Below, in pieces: positions 9,159 to 17,581 of a stretch of 64,000 nucleotides of DNA. Source of the stretch: Gemmatimonadales bacterium (GTDB lineage: Bacteria > Gemmatimonadota > Gemmatimonadetes > Gemmatimonadales > GWC2-71-9); the NCBI GenBank assembly GCA_013812695.1, contig JACCSZ010000190.1, positions 497 to 64,496 of the forward strand. Reading direction: 5' to 3'. How positions within the stretch are numbered: position 1 is the first letter of the stretch; each line of letters opens with the position of its first letter. The notes under the pieces are model-generated. The model did no database searches and was not told the origin of the DNA. It worked only from the letters and a program-made list of their open reading frames with translations. Both the position numbers and the translations under genes were made by a program.

Positions 9159-9764
9159 ATGACGCGCCATCCCGTGGTGCTCGCGCTCACCGGCGCCTCG
9201 GGCGCGCCCTACGGGGTCCGGCTGCTCGAGGTGCTCGCCCGGCGGCAGGTGCCCGTCTGGCTGATCACGTCGGGCCACGGCATGCGCCTCCTCCGCGACG
9301 AGTGCGGCATCGACACGATCGAGACCCTTCGCGCCGCCACCGGCGGCGACTGGAGCTCGGTCACGTCGTTTCCCGACGGCGACCGCGGCGCCCTGCCCGC
9401 CTCGGGCTCGCAGCGCACGCACGGCATGGTGGTGTGTCCGTGCTCGATGGGGACGGTCGCCGCCATCGCGGGCGGCACCAGCCGCTCGCTGGTCGAGCGG
9501 TCGGCCGACGTCACGCTCAAGGAGCGTCGCAAGCTGATCCTCGTCCCGCGCGAGACGCCGCTGTCGCTCGTGCACCTGCGCAACCTGGTGGCGGTCACCG
9601 AGGCCGGCGCGATCGTCATCCCCGCCTCACCGGGGTTCTATCATCGCCCCGGGACGGTGGCGGAGCTGGTGGACTTCATCGTACAGCGCGTGCTCGATCA
9701 GCTCGAGATCGACATCGAGATCGCGCGCCGGTGGACCGGGGACGAGGGCGCGGGACTCGCGTGA
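9159..9764 (+). CDS. ubiX: Flavin prenyltransferase UbiX
   Basis: VVLALTGASGAPYGVRLLEVL, MVVCPCSMGTVAAIA, ADVTLKERRKLILVPRETPLS. Confidence 0.85.
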   Translation: MTRHPVVLALTGASGAPYGVRLLEVLARRQVPVWLITSGHGMRLLRDECGIDTIETLRAATGGDWSSVTSFPDGDRGALPASGSQRTHGMVVCPCSMGTVAAIAGGTSRSLVERSADVTLKERRKLILVPRETPLSLVHLRNLVAVTEAGAIVIPASPGFYHRPGTVAELVDFIVQRVLDQLEIDIEIARRWTGDEGAGLA

Positions 9765-9807
9765 GCGGCAGCTTGGCCATCATCCAGTCGGGATGACCTG
9801 ATGAGGT

Positions 9808-11001
9808 GTGACCATGATCCTCGGCGGATTTCTCCCTAGAACCGTGGGCGGTCGGTGGACCGTCGCCCTCGTCGCCACTCTGGCCTGTGGCGGCGACGAC
9901 GTGCAGGCGCCTCCCAACGACGACGGCGAGCCGGTGGCGGCAGGCTGCCAGGACGCCATGCTTCCGGCCAGCTCCGCCCTGTACCGCGTCTGCTTCCCAG
10001 CGAGTTGGAACGGCGACCTCGTGGTCTACGCCCACGGCTACGTCTCCGCCGATGACCCGCTCTCCATCCCCGACGATCGCGTCGAAGGGCAGTCGGTCGC
10101 TCAGATCGTGAACGGGCTGGGGTACGCCTACGCCACCACCAGCTATCGGGCGAACGGCCTGGTCGCCGATCTGGCGGTGGACGACGTCGCGCACCTGGCC
10201 GACGAAGTCCGTCGGCGCTTCCGGCCCGACCCGTCGCGTATCTACGTGGTCGGGGTGTCGGAGGGCGGCCTCGTGGCGGCGCTCGCCGCCGAGCGTCGGG
10301 CCGACCGGTTCGACGGAGCCGTGGCGTCGTGCGGGCCCGTGGGCGACTTCGAGGGCCAGATCGACTACTTCGGCGATTTCCGCGTCGTGTTCGACTACTA
10401 CTTCCCCGGCGTCATTCCCGGGGATCCTCTCGACGTTCCCGACGCGGTGCGCGCCCAGTGGGCGTCGACCTACGTGCCCGCGGTCGCGGCGGCGCTCCAG
10501 GCCGACATCCCGGCCGCCCTGCAACTGCTGGCCGTGACCGGTGCACCGACCGATCCGCAGGACCTTCTCTCCGCGGGCGCCACCGTGATCGACGTGCTCT
10601 GGTACGACGTGTTCGCCCTGGGCGACGCCCGCGAGCGACTCGGTGGGCAGCCATACGACAACATCGGCCGGGTCTATCAGGGCTCGCTCGACGATGACGC
10701 GCTCAACGCCGGCGTTGCGCGGGTGGCAGCGGACCCGGCGGCGCGCGCGGAGCTCGGCCGGTTCGAAACGACGGGCCTTCTGACGATGCCGCTCGCCACG
10801 CTGCACACGACGGGCGATCCGATCGTACCGGTCGCCCAGTCCGCGCGCTACGCCGACAAGGTGGCGGCGGCGGGCGCGGCGTCCAGCCTCGAGTCGGGGA
10901 CGGTCTCCCGCTACGGACACTGCGCCTTCGAGCGGGCCGAGCTGCTGGACGCGTTCGGCGCGGTTGTCGGGCGGGTCACCGCCGCGGCCCGGCTCGACTG
11001 A
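9808..11001 (+). CDS. Putative lipoprotein, alpha/beta-hydrolase fold
   Basis: Lipobox-like LVATLACGG and nucleophile elbow GVSEGG. No closer family recognised. The start could be GTG 9808 or ATG 9814. Confidence 0.5.
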   Translation: MTMILGGFLPRTVGGRWTVALVATLACGGDDVQAPPNDDGEPVAAGCQDAMLPASSALYRVCFPASWNGDLVVYAHGYVSADDPLSIPDDRVEGQSVAQIVNGLGYAYATTSYRANGLVADLAVDDVAHLADEVRRRFRPDPSRIYVVGVSEGGLVAALAAERRADRFDGAVASCGPVGDFEGQIDYFGDFRVVFDYYFPGVIPGDPLDVPDAVRAQWASTYVPAVAAALQADIPAALQLLAVTGAPTDPQDLLSAGATVIDVLWYDVFALGDARERLGGQPYDNIGRVYQGSLDDDALNAGVARVAADPAARAELGRFETTGLLTMPLATLHTTGDPIVPVAQSARYADKVAAAGAASSLESGTVSRYGHCAFERAELLDAFGAVVGRVTAAARLD

Positions 11002-11011
11002 ACGGGGCCGG

Positions 11012-11518
11012 ATGCGGATCGGGGTCATCGCCGACACGCACGGCCTGTTGCGCCCGGAGGTCTTCGAGGTCTTTCGCCAGGTGGACCACATCGTGCACGG
11101 CGGCGACGTCGGCCCGCCGGCCATCCTCGAGAAACTGGAGACCATCGCTCCCGTGACCGCGGTCTACGGCAACACCGACGGCCGGGAGCTCCGGAACCGC
11201 CTGCCGCGGGTGGCCCGGCTCGAGCTCGACGGCTTCACCATCGTCGTCACCCACGGCGACCAGTTCGGCACTCCCGACCCCGACACGCTGCAGGCGGCGT
11301 TCCCCGACGCGGAGATCATCGTGTTCGGCCACACCCACCGGCCGCTGCTCACGCTGGTGGACGTGGTGGTGACGGTGATGAACCCCGGGGGCGCCGGACC
11401 GCGCCGGTTCGACCTGCCGGCCTCGGTCGGCATCCTCGAGCTCGAGCCGGGCATCCCGCCGCGGGGCCGGCTGGTACCGCTCACGCCGCTGGACGCGGAC
11501 TCTCCCTCGTCACCCTGA
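11012..11518 (+). CDS. YfcE/MJ0936-type metallophosphoesterase
   Basis: MRIGVIADTHG ... HGGD ... VVTHGDQ ... FGHTHRP motifs. An internal ATG was chosen over the ORF-track start. The last codons and the stop lie inside REP copy 2. Confidence 0.75.
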   Translation: MRIGVIADTHGLLRPEVFEVFRQVDHIVHGGDVGPPAILEKLETIAPVTAVYGNTDGRELRNRLPRVARLELDGFTIVVTHGDQFGTPDPDTLQAAFPDAEIIVFGHTHRPLLTLVDVVVTVMNPGGAGPRRFDLPASVGILELEPGIPPRGRLVPLTPLDADSPSSP

Positions 11519-11535
11519 GCGTAGCGAAGGGTGAC
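11509..11535. repeat. REP-like palindromic element, copy 2 (half-size hairpin)
   Basis: GTCACCC-tgagcgtagcgaa-GGGTGAC. Same core as the other copies. Lies between convergent gene ends. Confidence 0.75.
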
Positions 11536-11547
11536 TCGTCGCGGCGA

Positions 11548-11817
11548 CTAGAACCCCAACCGCAGCCCGGCGCTCACCGCGAAGTTGTGCGTCGTCTTCG
11601 TGCCCACGTTGACCGCCGTCGCTTCTCGCACATCGAACTTCCCGATGTAGTCCTTCACCATCACTTGCAGCCCGAGCCGCGGTCCGATCGCGACGTCCGC
11701 GCCGGCGCCGACGTTATAGGCGAAGTTCTTGGCATGCGTCGATGCCGGGCCGAGGTCGAACGACTGCCGCCCCGCTCGCCGCCCACACCTCGTAGCTCGA
11801 GGTCCGGCGCAGCGCAT
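11548..11817 (-). pseudogene. 3' remnant of an outer-membrane beta-barrel (OMP_b-brl-like) gene
   Basis: Only the last 70 aa or so look OMP-like (NFAYNVGAGADVAIGPRLGLQVMVKDYIGKF...THNFAVSAGLRLGF, terminal Phe). There is no signal peptide or N-terminal strands. The upstream part of the ORF overlaps the 3' end of the Cho-like gene. Confidence 0.4.
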
Positions 11818-12883
11818 CCGGGTGCGCGCGAAACCACGACATCAGCAGCAGGATCTCGTCGATCGACTCCAGCGGCAGCGGCCCGGCCGGCGGCATCGGC
11901 CGCCCGGCCTCTTCGGCGACCACGGCCCGGAACGCCTCGTGCTCGATCGGCGTGGACGGATACGGAAATGCGGCGCGCACCACGCCCTGCCGCACGATGT
12001 ATAGCCGGTCGTCCCCGAGCTCGCCCGGATCGCGATAGACGAAGGACAGGAGATCGCGCGCCGTACGTGCCCGGCTCGTGGCGGCCAGCAGCCATTCGAG
12101 CTGCTCGAACTTCGCCCGCCAGCGCGCGGCGATCTCGAAGCGGGCCAGGCCCGCTGCCTCCTGCATCGCCTGGACGACCCGGTCGATCGGCTGGATCGTC
12201 CGCCCCTCGAGGAAGGCCATCGCCGTCTCGACCCTCCGCCGATACTCCCTTTGCGCCACGAGCCCCGCGCACGGTCCGCTGCAGACGCCGAACTCGTGCC
12301 GCATGCACCCTGCCTGACGCGGCTGCTCGAACAGATCTCCCTGGCCCGCGAAGACCGCCGGCATCTCGGCCCTGCAGTCGCGGAGTCCGAGGAGATCGTT
12401 GAGCGTCCGCACCGCTTCGACCGTGCGCGCCATCGAGCGGAACGGCCCGTAGCAGCGCGCGTCATCGCGCGCGACCGTCGCACCCACATACATCCGCGGC
12501 GCGAGGTCGCTGGAGATCTTGATCAGGATGGAGCGGCGGGTAACGTTGGCGCGGTGGTTGAAGTGCGGCCGGTGTCGCCGGATCTGCCGCAGCTCGCCCA
12601 GGTAGGCGGCGAACTCGCTCGGCACGTAGTCCCAAGCGATGTCGCTCGCGGCGTAAAGGATTCGCGCCGCCTTGTCCTCCGGGTACTCGGCGCGAAAGTA
12701 GGTGAGCAGCCGGGTACGGAGCCGCTTCGCCTTGCCGACGTAGATGATCCTCCCCATCGCGTCGAGCATGCGGTACACGGCCGGCCGGTTTGTCGCCAGC
12801 GCGCGCACGCGCTGCCGCAGTTGCTCGAGATCGGTGGCAGGAAGTGGGGCGGCGCGTTGCGCCCGGGCGCGCGCGCGGCTCAC
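11714..12883 (-). CDS. UvrC N-terminal-half homologue (GIY-YIG nuclease plus UVR domain, Cho-like)
   Basis: GIY-YIG (VYRMLDAMGRIIYVGKAKRLRTRLLTYF), CYGPF, and a UVR-like helix pair (EYRRRVETAMAFLEG...FEIAARWRAKFEQLEWL). At 389 aa it lacks the UvrC C-terminal EndoV/HhH half. The GTG start overlaps the mutM stop. The exact 3' end is uncertain. Confidence 0.7.
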   Translation of the reverse strand: MSRARARAQRAAPLPATDLEQLRQRVRALATNRPAVYRMLDAMGRIIYVGKAKRLRTRLLTYFRAEYPEDKAARILYAASDIAWDYVPSEFAAYLGELRQIRRHRPHFNHRANVTRRSILIKISSDLAPRMYVGATVARDDARCYGPFRSMARTVEAVRTLNDLLGLRDCRAEMPAVFAGQGDLFEQPRQAGCMRHEFGVCSGPCAGLVAQREYRRRVETAMAFLEGRTIQPIDRVVQAMQEAAGLARFEIAARWRAKFEQLEWLLAATSRARTARDLLSFVYRDPGELGDDRLYIVRQGVVRAAFPYPSTPIEHEAFRAVVAEEAGRPMPPAGPLPLESIDEILLLMSWFRAHPDALRRTSSYEVWAASGAAVVRPRPGIDACQELRL

Positions 12884-13704
12884 GACTGGCAGCGGTGGCA
12901 GAACACGGAAATGCGGGCGTCGATCTCATGGGTACCGGTCAGCCGGGTGCCACACTGCCGGCACGGCTCGCCTTCGCGCCCGTAGACGAGCAGCTCGAGC
13001 TGAAAGCTTCCGGGCTGACCGGTGCCCGTCCGGTAGTCCCGCACCGTCGTGCCACTGGACACGATGGCCGCCTCCAGGATGCGCTGGATCTCGGTGTGCA
13101 GGCGCTGATGATCGTCCGGGGTCAGCCGGCTGGCCGGCTTCGAGGGGTCGATGCCCGCGGCGAAGAGCGCCTCGTTCGCGTAGATGTTCCCGACGCCGGC
13201 CAGGTGGCGCTGGTCCATGAGCACTTTCTTCACCGCCGCCCGCGAACGGCCCAGCGCGGTGCCCAGACGGGCGGCGGTGAAATCCGCGGCCAACGGCTCG
13301 GGGCCGATCGCTTCGGTGTATCGGCGCCAGCCGCCCGCGTTCAGCAGCCGGAGTTTGCCGATCCGCCGGACGTCGCGGTAGACGAGCTCTCGCCCGTCAT
13401 CCAGCGGCGCGCGGAGGACCGCGTACCGCGCTTCGTCGAGTGAGAGCGGGCGGTCGTAGACGATGAGCGACCCCGTCATGCCCGGCTGGACGACGAGGCG
13501 GAGCTCGCCGAGATCGAGCACGGCGTGCTTGGCGCGCCGGAACACCGAATGGACGGTCGCACCGCTCACGTCGCGGATGAGCCGGCGGCGGCTCACGCCG
13601 CGCAGGATGTCGTCGTGGCTCAGCGAGACCGGGCCGAATTGGCGGCCGACGAGGGCGGGGCGGATGTCGCGGACGATGGTTTCGACTTCGGGGAGCTCGG
13701 GCAT
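12880..13704 (-). CDS. mutM: Formamidopyrimidine-DNA glycosylase
   Basis: MPELPEVETI N-terminus, H2TH region and C-terminal zinc finger CRQCG...CHRCQ. Confidence 0.9.
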   Translation of the reverse strand: MPELPEVETIVRDIRPALVGRQFGPVSLSHDDILRGVSRRRLIRDVSGATVHSVFRRAKHAVLDLGELRLVVQPGMTGSLIVYDRPLSLDEARYAVLRAPLDDGRELVYRDVRRIGKLRLLNAGGWRRYTEAIGPEPLAADFTAARLGTALGRSRAAVKKVLMDQRHLAGVGNIYANEALFAAGIDPSKPASRLTPDDHQRLHTEIQRILEAAIVSSGTTVRDYRTGTGQPGSFQLELLVYGREGEPCRQCGTRLTGTHEIDARISVFCHRCQS

Positions 13705-13777
13705 CGCGCGGAAATGTAATGCGGGGGCGCGGTGCGGTACCGCCGCGTCGCACGGTCAGGTTGGCGCGTGCCGCGCC

Positions 13778-13875
13778 GTCATCCTGAGCGGAGCGAATGT
13801 TCGGCCGGGGCATGGGAGTGAGGCTCGGGGCTAACTCGCATCACCCACCCGATCCTTCGCTCCGCTCAGGATGAC
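13778..13875. repeat. REP-like palindromic element, copy 3 (full element)
   Basis: GTCATCCTGAGCGGAGCGAA (13778-13797) has its exact reverse complement TTCGCTCCGCTCAGGATGAC at 13856-13875, 58 nt away. Located between the purD stop and the mutM start. Confidence 0.85.
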
Positions 13876-13939
13876 AAACGGCGCTCGGGATGACAAACGG
13901 CGCTCAGGATGACAACGGCGCTCAGGAGGCCAGCGGCGC
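13866..13939. repeat. Tandem 18-19 bp repeat (3 good units plus 1 degenerate) extending from REP copy 3 into the purD 3' end
   Basis: TCAGGATGACAAACGGCGC / TCGGGATGACAAACGGCGC / TCAGGATGACAACGGCGC / TCAGGAGGCCAGCGGCGC. The last unit contains the purD stop codon (complement of TCA at 13922). Confidence 0.75.
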
Positions 13940-15238
13940 TCCCGCTTGCACCTCCGCCCCCGCCCCCTGCCGGGCCGCCTCCCGCCACCCGATGTCCCTC
14001 CGGAAGATCTTGCCCTCGAACTCCACCGCCTCCGACGCCTCACGGCTGAGACGCTGGGCCTCCGCGAAGCTCGGAGCCACGGCGGTCACGGTGAGCACCC
14101 GGCCGCCGCTGACTCGAAGGACGCCATCGGCGCCTCGGCTCGTCCCGGCATGGAAGAAAGTGACCCCGGGCGGCGGGAACGCGGGCATCGTGATGGCGGC
14201 GCCCTGTTCTGGCCGGTCCGGATACCCGCGCGAGGCGAGCACGGTCGTGACCGACGCCTCGCCGATGCGGCGCGCGATGGGTGCCACGCCCTCGCCGCGC
14301 GCGACCTTCCAGAACGCGGCGGTCAGCCCGCCCGCCACCAAGGGCAGGACCACCTGCGTCTCGGGATCGCCCAGGCGACAGTTGAACTCGACGACCCAAG
14401 GCGTTCCCTGACGGTCCACCATCAGGCCGGCGTAGAGCACCCCGGCGAAGGGCGCGCGTCGCCGGCGCAGTTCCTCGAGCGCAGGGTACAGCACTTCGCG
14501 CCTCGCCCGGTCGAGCAGCGCCGGTGTCGCCACGGCCACCGGGCTGTAGGCGCCCATACCGCCGGTGTTGGGGCCGCTGTCGCCTTCGAGGAGCCGTTTG
14601 TGATCCTGGGAGACCGGCAGCAGCTCCACGTCGGTGCCGTCGGTGACGGCCAGGATGGAAATCTCCTCGCCCTCCAGAAAGGCCTCGATCACGACGATGG
14701 CTCCGGCGTCGCCGAAGACCCGATCGTCGAGCATGGCGCGGACGGCGGCCGCGGCCTCGGCGCGGGTGAGGCAGACGACAGCGCCTTTGCCGGCCGCGAG
14801 CCCCGACGCTTTGACCACCAGCGGCTCCGGATGCCGGTCGACGTACGCGAGCGCCGGCGCCAGCTCCTGAAAGGTGCGGCTGGCCGCGGTCGGAATGCCG
14901 GCGGCGACCATCACGTCCTTCGAGAACGCCTTCGAGGCCTCGATCTGCGCCGCCGCGGCGCTCGGCCCGAAGACGGCGCGGCCCTCGGCGCGAAGCCGGT
15001 CGCCCAGTCCGCGCGCGAGCGGCATCTCGGGGCCGACCACGGTGAGGTCGATCCCGTGCATGTCCGCCGCATCCGCGATGCGGTCGATGTCGTCCGCGGC
15101 GATGGGGAGGTTGGCGGCGAGGTCGGCCGTGCCGGGGTTGCCGGGGGCGCAGTAGATATCGGCCTCGGGATTTTCCTTCCGCAGCGCCCAGCACAGGGCG
15201 TGCTCCCGACCACCACCCCCGACCACCAGAAGCCTCAC
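13922..15238 (-). CDS. purD: Phosphoribosylamine-glycine ligase
   Basis: VRLLVVGGGGREHALCWAL start (GTG overlapping the upstream stop as GTGA), ATP-grasp body, GGMGAYSP. The 596-aa ORF-track N-terminus is rejected. Confidence 0.9.
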   Translation of the reverse strand: MRLLVVGGGGREHALCWALRKENPEADIYCAPGNPGTADLAANLPIAADDIDRIADAADMHGIDLTVVGPEMPLARGLGDRLRAEGRAVFGPSAAAAQIEASKAFSKDVMVAAGIPTAASRTFQELAPALAYVDRHPEPLVVKASGLAAGKGAVVCLTRAEAAAAVRAMLDDRVFGDAGAIVVIEAFLEGEEISILAVTDGTDVELLPVSQDHKRLLEGDSGPNTGGMGAYSPVAVATPALLDRARREVLYPALEELRRRRAPFAGVLYAGLMVDRQGTPWVVEFNCRLGDPETQVVLPLVAGGLTAAFWKVARGEGVAPIARRIGEASVTTVLASRGYPDRPEQGAAITMPAFPPPGVTFFHAGTSRGADGVLRVSGGRVLTVTAVAPSFAEAQRLSREASEAVEFEGKIFRRDIGWREAARQGAGAEVQAGAPLAS

Positions 15239-16251
15239 GATTTCTGCGCGTTCCGGAAGGCGTCCCGCGCGCGCTCGGCGGCGCGCCTGGCGGCGTCCGC
15301 GACCTGGCTGGCCAGTTCCCGCGCTTCGCCGGCGTAGTACGTGCCCGCGGCGCCGAGGTCGCCGGCTAGCGGCCGGTCGTCGGCGTCCGGGCCGCGCCGC
15401 GTGTATTCGCCGCGAAGGATGCGGTCGTATTCGCCGGTCGCCACCCAGCGCTGCAGCTCCGCCGCACGCACGGTGTGCATTGGATGGGTCAGCGCCAGGG
15501 TGCTCAGGAGCTTGTACACCACGTCGAGCCCCTCGCCGGCGGTGGTGTACTCGTGCGCCTGCTGCATGAAGGCGTCGACATTGAGCTGCCCGGCAAAGCC
15601 CTGGCCCCGCCCGCCACCCGCCATCTTCATATCCAGCCGCTGCGCCGCCACGACGTCCTGGGCGCCGAGGAGCCCGGCCCGATCGGCCGAGAGCTCGGAC
15701 TTCCGCGACCACTCGAGGAAGGCCAGGCGAATCGGCAGGACGGCCAGGCCGGCGAGCGTGGGGAGCGCGCCGAGGCTGATCAATGCCAGGATGGCGGCGA
15801 TCGTCCGGTAGAGCGAGTGGCCGCTGATCACGTGGCCAAGCTCGTGCGAGAGCAACACGCGCAGCTCGTCGTCGTCGAGCAGCTCGATCGCCGCGGAATG
15901 CAGGACAATGAAGGGCTTGTCGATGCCGTAGGCCCCGGCGTTGAAGAACGGGGTCTGCGACACGTACAACTCGGGGACCGCCGGCCAGTCGAAGGTAGTC
16001 ACGACTTCGTGGTGCAGGTGCCAGAGCTTGGGAAACTGTGCGGCACCCACGCGCACGGCGTTGCCCAGAAACAGAAGCCGCACGCCCCGCTCGCCTCCCA
16101 GCAGGGCCAGCGTCCTCCGGATGACCTCGTCCACGCCGGGAATGGCGCGCAGGGTCTGCAGCGCCGCCCGGTCCGCGGGGTGCTCCCAGGAAACGGCGGA
16201 GATCTGCGGATGGGTCTGGCGCGGGCGGGTGGCGGGTAGCGATGTGCTCAT
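15235..16251 (-). CDS. M48-family zinc metallopeptidase
   Basis: HELGHVISGH zinc motif. Start taken at internal MSTSLPATRP (ATG 16249-16251). The upstream part of the ORF is Arg/Gly/Pro-rich noise. Confidence 0.75.
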   Translation of the reverse strand: MSTSLPATRPRQTHPQISAVSWEHPADRAALQTLRAIPGVDEVIRRTLALLGGERGVRLLFLGNAVRVGAAQFPKLWHLHHEVVTTFDWPAVPELYVSQTPFFNAGAYGIDKPFIVLHSAAIELLDDDELRVLLSHELGHVISGHSLYRTIAAILALISLGALPTLAGLAVLPIRLAFLEWSRKSELSADRAGLLGAQDVVAAQRLDMKMAGGGRGQGFAGQLNVDAFMQQAHEYTTAGEGLDVVYKLLSTLALTHPMHTVRAAELQRWVATGEYDRILRGEYTRRGPDADDRPLAGDLGAAGTYYAGEARELASQVADAARRAAERARDAFRNAQKS

Positions 16252-16316
16252 GGATGGACTCGGGTTGGGGATGGGCGCCTTACGGGTCTGCCGGTGTCGG
16301 GTTTCAAGTTGAGACT

Positions 16317-17492
16317 CTACCGCCCGCTCATCGCGAACGCCCCTTCCAGATCCTCGATCAGGTCTTCGGTATCCTCCACCCCACAGCTCAGGCGCACCAG
16401 GCTCTCGGTCAGCCCCATCGCTTCCCGCATGGCTGGGGGGACGGATGCGTGCGTCATGCTGGCCGGGTGGCCGATCAGGCTCTCGACCCCGCCCAGTGAC
16501 TCGGCCAGGGCGAAGATCCGCGTGGCCTCGACGAAGCGCCGGGCTCGTGCCGGGTCGCCCAAGTCGAGCGCGATCATCCCGCCGAAGCCCGACATCTGCC
16601 GGCAGGCAAGCTCGTGTTGCGGGTGCGATGGGAGCCCGGGATAGTATAGCCGCACGACGTCCGACCGCCGCGCCAACCACTCGGCCACCCGGCGTCCGTT
16701 GGCGTCATGTTGCCGCATCCGGAGCGGCAGCGTCTTGATCCCGCGGAGCGCAAGCCAGCAATCCATCGGCCCCGGGACCCCGCCGGCCGCGTTCTGGATG
16801 AAGCCGATGCGCTCGGCCAGGTCGTCGCGAGCCGTGATCAGCAGCCCGCCGACCATGTCGCTGTGGCCGTTCAGGTATTTGGTGGTGGAGTGGAGCACGA
16901 GGTCCGCGGCGAACTCGAGCGGGCGCTGGAAAAACGGCGTGGCGAAGGTGTTGTCCACGACGTACAACAGGCCGCGGACCCGCGTGAGATCGCCCACGGC
17001 GCCGAGGTCGACCAGATTCATCATCGGATTGGTCGGCGTCTCGCAGTAGACGAGGCGTGTGGCCGGGGTCAGCGCCCGCTCGACATTGTCCGCGTCCCGC
17101 ATGTCCACAAACGTGAATCTGAGTCCCAGCTCGCCGTAGATGCGTTCCATCAGCCGGTGCGTACCGCCGTAGACGTTCTCGCCGCAGACGACGTGATCGC
17201 CGCTCCGAAGCAGCTTCAGGATCGTATCGAGCGCCGCGAGCCCCGAGCCGAACGCGAACCCGTGGGTCCCGCCTTCGAGAGCCGCCACGTTCCGCTCGAG
17301 CGCCTCGCGCGTGGGGTTCTGGGTGCGCCCATACTCGTAGCCCTTGTGCTGTCCCAGCCCCGATTGCACGTAGGTGGAGGTCTGATAGATGGGCGTCATG
17401 ACGGCGCCGGACAGCGGCTCGAGCACCTGGCCCGCGTGCACGGAGCGGGTGGCGAACCGATGGTCGTGGTCGTGGGGCAGAATCCGGGTCAT
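16317..17492 (-). CDS. PLP-dependent Cys/Met-metabolism enzyme (cystathionine gamma-synthase/beta-lyase/gamma-lyase family)
   Basis: ATRSVHAGQ...MTPIYQTSTY, a STTKYLNGHSD lysine motif, and a family-typical C-terminus (RLSCGVEDTEDLIEDL). Confidence 0.85.
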   Translation of the reverse strand: MTRILPHDHDHRFATRSVHAGQVLEPLSGAVMTPIYQTSTYVQSGLGQHKGYEYGRTQNPTREALERNVAALEGGTHGFAFGSGLAALDTILKLLRSGDHVVCGENVYGGTHRLMERIYGELGLRFTFVDMRDADNVERALTPATRLVYCETPTNPMMNLVDLGAVGDLTRVRGLLYVVDNTFATPFFQRPLEFAADLVLHSTTKYLNGHSDMVGGLLITARDDLAERIGFIQNAAGGVPGPMDCWLALRGIKTLPLRMRQHDANGRRVAEWLARRSDVVRLYYPGLPSHPQHELACRQMSGFGGMIALDLGDPARARRFVEATRIFALAESLGGVESLIGHPASMTHASVPPAMREAMGLTESLVRLSCGVEDTEDLIEDLEGAFAMSGR

Positions 17493-17581
17493 CGTGAGCC
17501 CGAGCGGGTGAGGGTGGGAGAAGCGTAATGGCGCGGCGCGCGCGGTTGTAGAGGGGACCCGTTCTCGGTTACCTTCGTGGC

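Noticed and set aside
13866-13939. Possible CRISPR array
   Set aside because: The units are directly adjacent with no spacers. There are only 3-4 copies of 18-19 bp, no cas genes are present, and the repeat derives from a REP arm.
17493-17581. SAM or other riboswitch upstream of the Cys/Met PLP enzyme gene
   Set aside because: The 89-bp divergent spacer shows no conserved riboswitch core I can recognise by eye. A covariance-model scan would be needed, and I make no claim.
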